The notes: generated by a model not told the origin, from the sequence alone. DNA of 64,000 nt from Bacteroidetes bacterium GWF2_43_63 (GCA_001769275.1 MEOQ01000029.1:19219-83218); one strand, 5' to 3'. Positions 34,223 to 43,560 are shown, counted from the first letter of the stretch. A program made the numbers and translations.

Positions 34223-34263
34223 ATAAGCCGCAAATGTGAAAATCAGCATTCAAATACATCTCT

Positions 34264-34271
34264 TATCTTTG
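34264..34271 (+). promoter_or_regulatory. -7 box TATCTTTG upstream of the giant SPOR-protein gene
   Basis: 64 nt upstream of TTG 34336. Confidence 0.45.
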
Positions 34272-34335
34272 TAAAGAAACAAAACTGTCCGGAATCCGTA
34301 AAAAGAATTCAATCACGCGCGATTAATAAAAAGCA

Positions 34336-37300
34336 TTGCCCACTGCAAAAAAAATATTTTTCCGTTGTCTGATTTCATGCTTATTCATGATCTCAGTCGT
34401 TGTGGCTGTGGCTCAACCCGTCGGCGATGACCAGCAGGTAAAAACAGAAGCAGATCTGTTGTTTTCTCAGCAGAAGTATGGAGAGGCATTTCCGCTTTAT
34501 TCGCAGTTGCTGAGTATTCATCGCAAAGACGCGTATTATTCATACCGCTTCGGTGTATGTCTGCTGTATACCGACCGCCGCGATCCCGAAGCTCCGATGA
34601 AATACATGGAACCTTCTGTGGGCGAGCTTTCCGGTGAAGATGCGTATATGATTTATTTTCATCTGGGCGTAGCCTATCATCAGGCTTATAGGTTTGGTGA
34701 GGCTTTGCGGGCATTCGAAGCTTTCAAGGGGAAAGTCCCGGCCAAAAGCCCTTATGCGAAAGAGGCGCTGATTCGCAATCAGATGTGCAGCAACGGCATT
34801 TCTCTGCTTCAGAATCTAAGTGATTTGTCGGTGATGAAAAAATACGAGGTTGGTACCGAAAGCTTTTTTCGCTCGTACGATATTTCAAAATTTGGAGGCC
34901 GCATTGGTCCCAAGCCGGATTTTCTGAAAACCAAACCCGACCGCCAATCATCGGATCCGGAGCTTATTTTCATCAGCGATACGCATAATGTTGTTTACTA
35001 CAGCAGCTATGGCAAAAAGAATGCGACCGGGCGCGATATTTACAGAGTGTACAAACTCCCTGACGGGAAATTCTCAACGCCGGAAAAACTCAGCGATGCA
35101 GTTAATACGCCTTACGACGAAAATTATCCCTATCTGTTGCCCGATGGCCGAACACTTTATTTCAGTTCGAAAGGCCACAATTCAATGGGCGGCTATGATA
35201 TTTTCAGAACGGAGTTTGACACGATCAACAAAGAATGGTCTGTACCTGTAAATGTCGATTTTGCCATCAATACACCCTTTGACGACATTCTTTTTATTAC
35301 AGATCCAAGCCAGCGCTACGCCTGGTTTTCGTCGTTGAGAAACAGCAGCGATGGGCGCATTCTGGTATTTCTTGTTCGCATCGACCGCAAAATTCCTGTT
35401 TACGACAACTACAATCCGGAGCTAATTGCAGGAGGCAATATCGATATAAACAGTCCGGAATATCTTGAAACCATTGCGAAGCTGCGCGAAAAGGCCAGTC
35501 TGGATGTAAACAGCAATGAAGAAATCGCAATTGACACTACCAAAATAATTGCTTCGGGTAATAATGCAAAATACAATATTCCTGCAAATCCTACAGGTGA
35601 TCAGATTGTTGATATTGCATTTAACCACGTTGCTTCAGCCGAAGACCAGCTCGATAATTTTCGCAACATGCGCGATGCATCGCTGAAAATTTCGGAACAG
35701 AAAAAAGATCTGGCTGCAGCACTCAATAAGCAAAGTCTGGATTTACACGAAAAAGCAGTAGGCGAAACGGATGCGAAAAAGAGAAAGGATTTAATGGCGC
35801 AGGCCAACGATCTTTCGAAAAAGTCGTTGCTCCTTACCGATGAATCTGATCTGGCGAAACAGATGTATAACCAGTATGTTTCAGCAGCTGATGAGCAGGC
35901 AAAGAACTTTGACCAGATTCAGGATAAGGCCGGGAATGTTCAGAAACTGGCTCTTTCGAGGCAAATTGACAATTCGGTGGTTTTACTTAAAGAACTGATT
36001 GATGGAATCGATACATTCAAAGTCAATCTGGTTCAGCTCGACAAGAAAATTCGCGGCGACAGTGAGTATGTATCAGCGCTCGAAAAAAATATAGCCGACG
36101 ATCTTTCCGAAGCGGCTAATCTTGAAAGCCAGGCCCTAAAGCTGGATAAGGAAGCGAGCCAGTATAAAAATGAAGCTGCACTTGCAACTGATCAGGAAAT
36201 GAAAGACGAATATCTTTCAGAAGCAAATAATCTTTTGAAAGAAGCCGCCGACAATCGCGAAAAGGCGCAGCAACTTAAGAATGACGCCCGCCAACAACAG
36301 ACTGAGCTGGTTGAATTGAAATCAAAATCAGATAAGCGCGATGATCTTGTTGCAGACGCAATAGCTTACGTCGACTCGCTTCAAAAAGCTTCGAATAATA
36401 ACCAGGTAGTTGCCGACAACAACAATCAAATCGCTTCTGATACCATCAATCAAAATCTGGTTAACAACAATAATCAGAATAATGTTGACAACAATCAGAA
36501 TAACAACAACATTATTATTGCAGATACGAACAATCAGGATTCAACGGACAATATTCAGATTATTGCAGACAACAATGCAGTTTTGAACAATAACAATCAG
36601 GATGTGACGAATAACAACCAGATTATTGCTAACAACAATCAGAATGCAAACAACATTGTAGTGGATACAGTCAATGCTCAGAATTCTGATAATCAATCAG
36701 AGAAAGTCGCTATTCAAATATCGCAGGAAATAACGGCAGCAGCGGATTCTGTTGAGAAGCTGATTGAGCATAACAATCGTGAATCGGATGCCATCAGTCT
36801 TGCCTTTGCCAAAAAGAAAAGTGATTATGATTTCAAGTTGTCCGAATGGGTCAAACTCCGCGACCTGCCTAATCTTTCGCAAAGTCAGGTAGTAAAAAAA
36901 TCGGAGCTTGAAGCAGACCTGACTGAGCTGAATCTGCAAATGAATGTACTGAGTGATTATCACGATGAGCTTGATAAACACAATGCTCCGTTGATGCAGG
37001 CGGGCAGCGATTTTGATAAACTCATGCAGGATCTTTCGGAGAAATCAACCGCTGATACAAATGAATTGAAAACGCTGCAGGCCAGAAGTAAAGCCATTAT
37101 TGATGCTATGCAACCTGCGACTGATGATTCGGAACAAATACTTGCAATCAATACAACTGAGATCAAATCGGAAATTAGCAAGATCGAGAAAGACAGAAAT
37201 GCTTTGCAACCGGAGTTGAACGATATCGAGAAAAAGATTCAGATTCTGAACGAAAAGCTTGAAAATACGGATAATCCGAAAAAGCGCACGCAGATTGAAA

Positions 37301-39660
37301 CGGACATTGCAGTCAACAAAGAAAAAGCAGACGCCCTTAAAGAACGGCTGTCAGAGCTGAATGAGATGATTATCGCACTGAATGATTCAATCGGATATCT
37401 CGAAAGACATCATCAGCTGCTGGGTGAAGTAAGGTCTTCCTATTTACAGATTCCTGACAGCGAGCTGAAAACCATGTCGGAAAAGTGGAACAGCACAGTG
37501 CTAAAACCAGATGTGAAAAATGTTGAAATGTTGCCTGATTTCAATGCATACGATCAGCAAAACATTCCGGCTGACACTACTCAAAATATTACAGACAATA
37601 ATCAGAACATAGCCGATAATAATAATCAGGTTGTTCAGGACAACAACAATCAGAATGTCCAGGATAATAACAATCTGACTGAAAAGGTTGCTGTCAGCGA
37701 CGAAGAGCAGGATCTGATACAGTCATCGTTCTATGAATCGGGTGCGCAGACTTTCATGGTTCGCATTGCTTCGCTGAAGAAAAAGCTGGCTACGAATCCA
37801 GCCGATTCGAATCAGATAAAAAATGAAATTGCAGTATTGACAAAGACTATGCAGGCCTACAATAATGAAGCAGATGCATATGAAAACAATGCGGAGAACA
37901 ATTTGAAACTTGTCGGAAAGCAGCTCCCGGAGAAGATTCCGGAGTATTCCGAAAAATCGATGATCGACTTTCATGAGCAGCTGTCCGATGTAGAAATGCA
38001 AAAAGCCGACAGTGTGCAACGACTCGCTGATGCTAGCACCGACGCGGTTGTCAAAAACAAACTTCAGAAACAGGCCGATGATTTTAAGGAATCCGCAAAG
38101 CGCCACTATCTGATGGCTTCGGATATTTACGGGATTTGGAATAACAGCGAATTCGAAAGCAACAATATAGCATTCACTGAAAGCAATGTCAATCGCACCC
38201 AGGACACTGACAATGCACGCATGCTGATGATTGAGGCACGACAACTCCGAAGCGAAGCTTATGGTGAAAGTGATTTTGCGAAACAACGCGAAATTTTGGC
38301 GCAGGCACAGAAGAAAGAGGCGGCTGCCATTGATTCGCAGGAAAAATCGATGGAGCAGAACAGCATTGAAAATCCTGAAAAAATTGTCAGCAAGACCATT
38401 GCCGAAATTGAAAGTACAACAGGAAACGACATTGCTGAGATCACAAAACAATATCCTTCAAATACGGCACTGCTGGCTGCTTATGAGAAGTCGCAACAAA
38501 CCAGCGACAGCATTATCGAGGACAACAATCAGATTACGGCAAACAGCAATATTACCAATCAAAACAACAATCAGGTTGTAGATAACAATGTGACCAACGT
38601 AAACACGCAGGTGTCTGAGAACAACAATCAGATTACAGACAATGCTGCAAATAACAATCAGGCAGAGAATATTGTTGTTGCGAATAATCAGGTGACCAAT
38701 GAGCGTGTTGCTGACAATAAATTATATTACCGCATTCAGATTTCGGCATCGAGAGTTGAAATTGATACAACAAAATATTTTCAGGGAATGAATGTGGTTG
38801 TTGACAAAACCGGTGGATGGAATCAATACATGACCGGATATTTCACTTCCTACAACCCAGCATTGACCGAACTCAGACGCGTGCAACCAATGGGATATGC
38901 CGATGCTTTCATTGTTGCCTATTACGACGGCAAGCGCGTTCCGGTGTACGAAGCGCGACGAATGGAGCAGGGCGGAACGCCGGCAAATGTTGCGCAGACC
39001 GCATCGACAGGCAATTTCAGCATGAACGATGTGGAAGGACTTGTGTATTCCGTTCAGGTGGGCGTGTATGCAAAAACCCGCAACAGTACATCGCTTTTCG
39101 GCATCAGTCCTTTGATTGAGGAGCGGATGAACAACGGCTATTACCGTTATTATGCCGGCACATTCAACAACATGAACGACGCTGTAACCGCAAGAAATAA
39201 AATCCGCACCAGCGGTGTCCCCGATGCTTTTGTGGTCATACTCTACAAAGGGAAGAAAATCACGCAGGCCGAAGCTGCGCAATTGCAGACTGACGGAACG
39301 ACTTTCGGCGGCGGATTGAAACAGTCCGGAGCCGGCACCCAGCCGCAGAATACACAGGTGACACCGACAAATATTACACCTGCATCCAAGCCCGTTTTCA
39401 AAGTCCAGATTGGCGCCTACAGCAAAGATGTACCGGTGAATGTGGTGAACGAACTGATTGCCTTAGCCGGGCAGGGCATCGAAACCACCAAGAATGATGC
39501 GGGTTTGACCGTGTACACCGTAGGCAATTTCTCCAAATACACCGAAGCCGAAGCAAAGAAAAACGAACTCAACGCCAAAGGCCTGAGCGATGCATTTGTT
39601 GTTGCATATATTGATGGCAAGCGGGTTTCGGTGAGTGAGGCTAGAAAAATTGGTGATTAG
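34336..39660 (+). CDS. giant envelope protein: signal/anchor, TPR, PD40 (TolB-like) repeats, ~1,000-aa coiled-coil with N/Q-rich tracts, three C-terminal SPOR domains
   Basis: 1774 aa. The TTG start gives MPTAKKIFFRCLISCLFMISVVVAVAQ (ATG 34387 is an alternative).
- PD40-like: NTPYDENYPYLLPDGRTLYFSS...GGYDIF.
- Long heptad-like, charged middle region.
- SPOR-like units: YYRIQISASRV...DAFIVAYYDGKRV, VYSVQVGVYAK...DAFVVILYKGKKI and VFKVQIGAYSK...DAFVVAYIDGKRV. Confidence 0.85.
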   Translation: MPTAKKIFFRCLISCLFMISVVVAVAQPVGDDQQVKTEADLLFSQQKYGEAFPLYSQLLSIHRKDAYYSYRFGVCLLYTDRRDPEAPMKYMEPSVGELSGEDAYMIYFHLGVAYHQAYRFGEALRAFEAFKGKVPAKSPYAKEALIRNQMCSNGISLLQNLSDLSVMKKYEVGTESFFRSYDISKFGGRIGPKPDFLKTKPDRQSSDPELIFISDTHNVVYYSSYGKKNATGRDIYRVYKLPDGKFSTPEKLSDAVNTPYDENYPYLLPDGRTLYFSSKGHNSMGGYDIFRTEFDTINKEWSVPVNVDFAINTPFDDILFITDPSQRYAWFSSLRNSSDGRILVFLVRIDRKIPVYDNYNPELIAGGNIDINSPEYLETIAKLREKASLDVNSNEEIAIDTTKIIASGNNAKYNIPANPTGDQIVDIAFNHVASAEDQLDNFRNMRDASLKISEQKKDLAAALNKQSLDLHEKAVGETDAKKRKDLMAQANDLSKKSLLLTDESDLAKQMYNQYVSAADEQAKNFDQIQDKAGNVQKLALSRQIDNSVVLLKELIDGIDTFKVNLVQLDKKIRGDSEYVSALEKNIADDLSEAANLESQALKLDKEASQYKNEAALATDQEMKDEYLSEANNLLKEAADNREKAQQLKNDARQQQTELVELKSKSDKRDDLVADAIAYVDSLQKASNNNQVVADNNNQIASDTINQNLVNNNNQNNVDNNQNNNNIIIADTNNQDSTDNIQIIADNNAVLNNNNQDVTNNNQIIANNNQNANNIVVDTVNAQNSDNQSEKVAIQISQEITAAADSVEKLIEHNNRESDAISLAFAKKKSDYDFKLSEWVKLRDLPNLSQSQVVKKSELEADLTELNLQMNVLSDYHDELDKHNAPLMQAGSDFDKLMQDLSEKSTADTNELKTLQARSKAIIDAMQPATDDSEQILAINTTEIKSEISKIEKDRNALQPELNDIEKKIQILNEKLENTDNPKKRTQIETDIAVNKEKADALKERLSELNEMIIALNDSIGYLERHHQLLGEVRSSYLQIPDSELKTMSEKWNSTVLKPDVKNVEMLPDFNAYDQQNIPADTTQNITDNNQNIADNNNQVVQDNNNQNVQDNNNLTEKVAVSDEEQDLIQSSFYESGAQTFMVRIASLKKKLATNPADSNQIKNEIAVLTKTMQAYNNEADAYENNAENNLKLVGKQLPEKIPEYSEKSMIDFHEQLSDVEMQKADSVQRLADASTDAVVKNKLQKQADDFKESAKRHYLMASDIYGIWNNSEFESNNIAFTESNVNRTQDTDNARMLMIEARQLRSEAYGESDFAKQREILAQAQKKEAAAIDSQEKSMEQNSIENPEKIVSKTIAEIESTTGNDIAEITKQYPSNTALLAAYEKSQQTSDSIIEDNNQITANSNITNQNNNQVVDNNVTNVNTQVSENNNQITDNAANNNQAENIVVANNQVTNERVADNKLYYRIQISASRVEIDTTKYFQGMNVVVDKTGGWNQYMTGYFTSYNPALTELRRVQPMGYADAFIVAYYDGKRVPVYEARRMEQGGTPANVAQTASTGNFSMNDVEGLVYSVQVGVYAKTRNSTSLFGISPLIEERMNNGYYRYYAGTFNNMNDAVTARNKIRTSGVPDAFVVILYKGKKITQAEAAQLQTDGTTFGGGLKQSGAGTQPQNTQVTPTNITPASKPVFKVQIGAYSKDVPVNVVNELIALAGQGIETTKNDAGLTVYTVGNFSKYTEAEAKKNELNAKGLSDAFVVAYIDGKRVSVSEARKIGD
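36393..36696 (+). repeat. low-complexity N/Q-rich tract 1 (imperfect AAC AAC AAT CAG-type repeats) within the SPOR protein gene
   Basis: Translation reads NNNQVVADNNNQIASD...NNNQNNVDNNQNNNNIII...NNNQDVTNNNQIIANNNQNANN. Confidence 0.9.
37581..37676 (+). repeat. low-complexity N/Q-rich tract 2
   Basis: Translation reads QNITDNNQNIADNNNQVVQDNNNQNVQDNNN. Confidence 0.9.
38521..38700 (+). repeat. low-complexity N/Q-rich tract 3
   Basis: Translation reads DNNQITANSNITNQNNNQVVDNNVTNVNTQVSENNNQITDNAANNNQAENIVVANNQVTN. Confidence 0.9.
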
Positions 39661-39673
39661 AAAGCGGAAGTGA

Positions 39674-39703
39674 CCATGTCACGGATTTAAAATCCGCGCC
39701 ATG
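39674..39703. repeat. REP-like family H hairpin between the convergent SPOR-protein and mrr genes
   Basis: ccatgtcacggattt-aaaatccgcgccatgg is an imperfect inverted repeat and a plausible bidirectional terminator. Confidence 0.7.
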
Positions 39704-39712
39704 GATGTATCT

Positions 39713-40618
39713 TTATTCATCCCCAAAGTAATCACTATCGATTCTTTTTATCTCAAAAATATTCACAGTCGAAACCGCTAAATTATGATCAATCATAAGT
39801 TCAGCTAAACTTTCTCCGTCAATTAAAACAATCTTTGTTTCATTTCTTGGCTGATATTCTTTTGCTTCATTTGTAAATCTCGAAGTTGTAATGAAAACAC
39901 CTTTTTTTGCACCTTGCCCTGCTAATGCACCCACAAATTTTTGTATTTCAGGTCTTCCAACAACATTTTCCCAGCGTTTTGCTTGTATATAAATTACATC
40001 AAGTCCAAGTTTATCTTCTTTTATTATGCCATCAATTCCTTCATCACCTGAACGACCTATCGAACGACCTGCGTCTTTTATCGAACCGCCGTAACCCATT
40101 TTTACTAATAATTCCACAACTAAAGATTCGAAAAATGCAGGGCTGCTACTTTTAATTTTCAAAAGCAGTTCTTGTGCAAGATTTTTTCTGATACTCAAAT
40201 AACTATTTTCTAATACTTCCTCAGGTGTCGAATCTGTTGGTATATTTTCATTGTCGGTTATCGAATCATCTTCTTTTATTCGGCCAGTTCTTTCCTGATA
40301 AGCTGGGATGGTCTTTAATACCCTCAAATTAATTTCTGTAGGATTCGATCCCAAAAACAGTTTCCCAGCTTCAGTGATTCTAAAAGAACTTCTCTTAGTA
40401 TTTTCAATCAATCCAGCCATTTTAATATGAGACTTTGCCCAGGCAACTCGATTCGAAAAGGTCTTAGCTGCGCCGCTTGGTAAAAATTCATTTATTTCAG
40501 CATCTGTCAGATTAAAATGCTCTGCTAATTTCTGATTAGTCTCATTTGTAGTGTGTTCATCTCCGTCAGATAGAATCTGAATGAAAGGAAGCATAATTGT
40601 CTGAAAATCGGGTATCAT
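39713..40618 (-). CDS. mrr: Mrr-family (type IV, modification-dependent) restriction endonuclease
   Basis: 301 aa. N-terminal Mrr_N-like winged helix (MIPDFQTIMLPFIQIL...RVAWAKSHIKMAGLIE) and C-terminal Mrr_cat core (FESLVVELLVKMGYGG...GDEGIDGII...DVIYIQAKRW). Confidence 0.88.
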   Translation of the reverse strand: MIPDFQTIMLPFIQILSDGDEHTTNETNQKLAEHFNLTDAEINEFLPSGAAKTFSNRVAWAKSHIKMAGLIENTKRSSFRITEAGKLFLGSNPTEINLRVLKTIPAYQERTGRIKEDDSITDNENIPTDSTPEEVLENSYLSIRKNLAQELLLKIKSSSPAFFESLVVELLVKMGYGGSIKDAGRSIGRSGDEGIDGIIKEDKLGLDVIYIQAKRWENVVGRPEIQKFVGALAGQGAKKGVFITTSRFTNEAKEYQPRNETKIVLIDGESLAELMIDHNLAVSTVNIFEIKRIDSDYFGDE

Positions 40619-40694
40619 AATACTTCAATGTTATATGTTTGTGCTTTTATAAGGTTTGCAATAGCGTTATAACGTTATTTGCATCGGTTCCTCA

Positions 40695-40702
40695 CAAAAA
40701 TA
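40695..40702 (-). promoter_or_regulatory. -7 box TATTTTTG at the promoter-proximal end of 84-nt repeat copy 1 (upstream of mrr)
   Basis: CAAAAATA on the plus strand, 76 nt upstream of ATG 40618. Confidence 0.4.
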
Positions 40703-40778
40703 CAAATATTTCACATATACATCAATCGAATTTTTTTGTGCTGGCTTGTGGCGACAGAATGGGGGATTGGGCTGGGAA
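40695..40778. repeat. 84-nt perfect direct repeat, copy 1
   Basis: Identical base for base to 42888-42971: caaaaatacaaatatttcacatatacatcaatcgaatttttttgtgctggcttgtggcgacagaatgggggattgggctgggaa. Confidence 0.95.
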
Positions 40779-40783
40779 TGGTG

Positions 40784-40879
40784 GTCATGTCGCGGATAAC
40801 TCACTGATTATTTTTTTGCAAAGGAGTTCGAGAGCTCATCACTTCCAGCGTTTCGGTTGCCAAATCCGCGCCATGGGGG
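40784..40879. repeat. REP-like family H, split copy
   Basis: Arms gtcatgtcgcggata (40784-40798) and aaatccgcgccatggggg (40862-40879) are separated by ~60 nt. Confidence 0.6.
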
Positions 40880-41067
40880 TGAGTGATTGTGTGTGAATTC
40901 AACAATGTAAATCGTATTTATATCTTACGAAATATTTTCGTCACACTTTGCAAAACAGCAGTTCGCTGGCCTGAACAACCAATGATACTTTAACAATATT
41001 AGAATAACTGTTAGTGGCGTTCCGTTGGGCTCAATGGCCTTCTACTCGATTATGTATTGTTTTAATT

Positions 41068-42003
41068 CTAGTAGTATTCAATAACTCTTTCAATAATATA
41101 TATTTCTTCATCATCAATTATTTCAATTTGCTCAATCCAATTTTCTTTTGAGTCATATTTATATTGATAAGACCATGTTGCATCAATGTTTCCTGAATCA
41201 TTAGTCTCAACAACCTCTTTCTCATTTCCTTTTTCAAAAGTGTACGATATTTTCCCCTCAATCTCTCCTTCAGTAAAATTTTCCCAATATTCATGAGTTC
41301 GAACATAATTCTCATAAACATAAGTTGCTTTTTCTAATATTCCCTCATCACTGTCATGCCATGTTTCAGTAATTAAGTTTCCGTAAGAATCATATAAATA
41401 ATCTAACCATTCTTTGTAGTCATCAAATATTGATTCCTCTTTTATTAATCTGTCATTCTCATCATATGAAAATCGCGTTATTCCAACTTTCTGCCCTTTA
41501 ATGTTAAACTCCTGTTTTTCAACAAGTCGATTGTTCTCATCGTAAAGGAACTTGTATATTGATTCTCTTTCTTCTCCCGGAGCATTTGCATTCGAGGAAC
41601 TTATTTGACTCGGTTGACGATTAGTTTCTTTCATTGAGATTAATCTACCAGACGAGTCGTATGTATAGGTTCTTGTATGATACAACATTTCTGATTTCAC
41701 AAGTTTCCCATTAGCATAATCGAACTGTTCCATTCGGGATATTTTTGAATCTGAGTCAAAGTAGATTTTATTCATCTTGTTACCATTGGAATCAAATTCA
41801 GTTTTGGAATCCTGCTGCCAATTTGATTTCCAACCTCTCCGGATTTTAGCATATCCATCAGTTGTTGATTTTCCAATATAGGATATCTCGGTAATTGATT
41901 TAACCCTATCTTTTAAATTTAAATCTTTTAAAGATAAATCCTGAGCGAATGTCAAGCTTGGCATCAATATTAAAAAAATAATTATTTGTCTGCTAGTTTT
42001 CAT
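41068..42003 (-). CDS. secreted protein with YD/Rhs-like repeats
   Basis: 311 aa. Signal peptide MKTSRQIIIFLILMPSLTFAQ. Recurring Y.YD..G(R/N)L(I/V) units: YTYDSSGRLISM, FLYDENNRLVEK, FSYDENDRLIKE, YLYDSYGNLITE. Very AT-rich. Confidence 0.65.
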   Translation of the reverse strand: MKTSRQIIIFLILMPSLTFAQDLSLKDLNLKDRVKSITEISYIGKSTTDGYAKIRRGWKSNWQQDSKTEFDSNGNKMNKIYFDSDSKISRMEQFDYANGKLVKSEMLYHTRTYTYDSSGRLISMKETNRQPSQISSSNANAPGEERESIYKFLYDENNRLVEKQEFNIKGQKVGITRFSYDENDRLIKEESIFDDYKEWLDYLYDSYGNLITETWHDSDEGILEKATYVYENYVRTHEYWENFTEGEIEGKISYTFEKGNEKEVVETNDSGNIDATWSYQYKYDSKENWIEQIEIIDDEEIYIIERVIEYY

Positions 42004-42169
42004 ATGTTATTGTTTGCCTTAGTCAAATAACGGTTTTCAGCTAACCAAAGAAGGGACGATTTCGAAGCACTGACTTGTCAAGTTACACAAAAGCTTATTA
42101 GATGCAGAAACGCTGAAATACCCACTATCTCGGCAATATAATACACTGCCTGTTATGCACCAACAATTA

Positions 42170-42760
42170 TTATTTTTCATCCTTCATCTTTTGTCGTTCT
42201 ACTTGCAACTTGTCTTGAAAATCTTTATTAAACGGATCAGCTGTCACATTTTTTAAAGCCTTAGCATATTCAGGATGATTTCTGTACTTTATGTCTATCA
42301 ACTTACCATTAGGCATAAGAATTAGAATTAATCCAAACCCTCCAACAATTAGTAGTCTTTTAAAAACATGAATATAAAATTTATTTCTTGTTTTTATGTA
42401 CCGGATTTGAGTCACTATTAACACGATAATCATTCCAGCCAATCCGTTGATTAATTCAAGATTTGCACCTGGGTATGATTGGAATTTAAACAAAATACCA
42501 ATAATGGTAATAGATAATACTATTCCTGTTGCAACCGACCCAATAATTCTCACTGTACTAATGCCTTTATAAGATTCTTTCTTGAAGGCACTTTTAAGTC
42601 CAATATTATTCAATAATACAAAACTCAAAGCAAAATAAAACATCGAATATATTGAAAGCGTTAAGACTGTTAAAACCCCACCACCTGGAACTAAAAGTAA
42701 ATTTAGAACAAGTGAGAGAATTGAACTCAATCCAATTATTAATTCAATTTTTCGCATCAT
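42170..42760 (-). CDS. hypothetical 5-TM membrane protein
   Basis: 196 aa, five hydrophobic segments and a charged C-terminal tail. ILFKFQSYPGANL after a TM helix is reminiscent of the FK..H.PGA motif I recall in GldL-like Bacteroidetes membrane proteins (weak recollection). Family unassigned. Confidence 0.6.
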   Translation of the reverse strand: MMRKIELIIGLSSILSLVLNLLLVPGGGVLTVLTLSIYSMFYFALSFVLLNNIGLKSAFKKESYKGISTVRIIGSVATGIVLSITIIGILFKFQSYPGANLELINGLAGMIIVLIVTQIRYIKTRNKFYIHVFKRLLIVGGFGLILILMPNGKLIDIKYRNHPEYAKALKNVTADPFNKDFQDKLQVERQKMKDEK

Positions 42761-42887
42761 ATCTTTCTTTTTATATTTGGTGCATAATAATTTATATACT
42801 CACCCCAACTGTCCAAAAGGCGCATCAATCCGCCCAACAAGGAATGCTTTGAGCACTTTCTAATGTTTTTGAGGTGCATCAATCTTT

Positions 42888-42895
42888 CAAAAATA
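42888..42895 (-). promoter_or_regulatory. -7 box TATTTTTG at the promoter-proximal end of 84-nt repeat copy 2 (upstream of the membrane-protein gene)
   Basis: CAAAAATA on the plus strand, 127 nt upstream of ATG 42760. Confidence 0.4.
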
Positions 42896-42971
42896 CAAAT
42901 ATTTCACATATACATCAATCGAATTTTTTTGTGCTGGCTTGTGGCGACAGAATGGGGGATTGGGCTGGGAA
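42888..42971. repeat. 84-nt perfect direct repeat, copy 2
   Basis: Identical to 40695-40778. This explains the shared KNTNISHIHQSNFFVLACGDRMGDWAG in two spurious track ORFs. Confidence 0.95.
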
Positions 42972-42989
42972 GGTTTTCCGGGAGATCCC
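42971..42989 (+). repeat. 19-nt direct repeat F, copy 1
   Basis: aggttttccgggagatccc, identical to 43610-43628. Confidence 0.85.
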
Positions 42990-43014
42990 GGGTCTGGCCC
43001 GGGAATTTTGTACT

Positions 43015-43053
43015 CCACTGAATCAGTCTTCACCGCAGGTGAAGTCGGATTCG
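43015..43053 (+). repeat. hairpin-containing repeat G, copy 1
   Basis: ccactgaatcagtcttcaccgcaggtgaagtcggattcg, with hairpin cttcac-cgcag-gtgaag. Confidence 0.75.
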
Positions 43054-43150
43054 AACGTGTCCGCCCACTGGCGGATTAGCGTTCATCTGCAGTATGTGTG
43101 GTTTTAATCTTTTCGCGTTCATTTGCGTTTATTCGCGGAAGAAAAGAAGA

Positions 43151-43196
43151 AGGTCACGCGTCAACGTAAAACGTTGCAAGCGGGAGACGCGCGCCC
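43151..43196 (-). repeat. REP-like family C copy, inverted orientation
   Basis: ggtcacgcgtcaacgtaaaacgttgcaagcgggagacgcgcgcccaa is the reverse complement of 44027-44073 with about 4 mismatches. Confidence 0.85.
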
Positions 43197-43560
43197 AACG
43201 GGGTGGTTGCATGCGAGAGGCACGCGCTAAATGTGAGTTTATAAAGTTGAAAGTTATGAAGTTGAAAGGCATTTCAATAAACACAGTTCATGAAATATTC
43301 AAAAAGCAGGAATGTCGAAATGCCAGATTTATTCTAAACCCAAATTGCCTATCAACCTGGGAAGTGCTAATTCAGCGCGGATGTCGCCATATATGATTTT
43401 CGGACAAGAAAATGTGCGGTCAGCGGAAAAAATATTTCGGAGCAAAGCGGAGAACCATGATCCGGATGTCTGTTTGAGGAGCAAAGCGACGAGTTATATC
43501 CGGTTGGAGCTGACCGAATATTTTCCCGAAAATCATATCCGGCGACTAGCTTTTCTTTTG

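Noticed and set aside
37723-39282. 242-aa and 186-aa minus-strand ORFs inside the SPOR-protein gene
   Set aside because: They are antisense to a long ORF with clear domain content. Their low-complexity sequence mirrors the sense-strand repeats.
40639-40896. 85-aa ORF sharing 27 residues with ORF 42874..43107
   Set aside because: The shared residues are simply the translation of the 84-nt direct repeat. Flanking parts are unrelated and run through other repeats.
43040-43056. ggattcgaac, reminiscent of a tRNA/tmRNA T-arm on the minus strand
   Set aside because: I could not fold any acceptor stem, anticodon arm or CCA-proximal pairing around it. It lies within repeat G.
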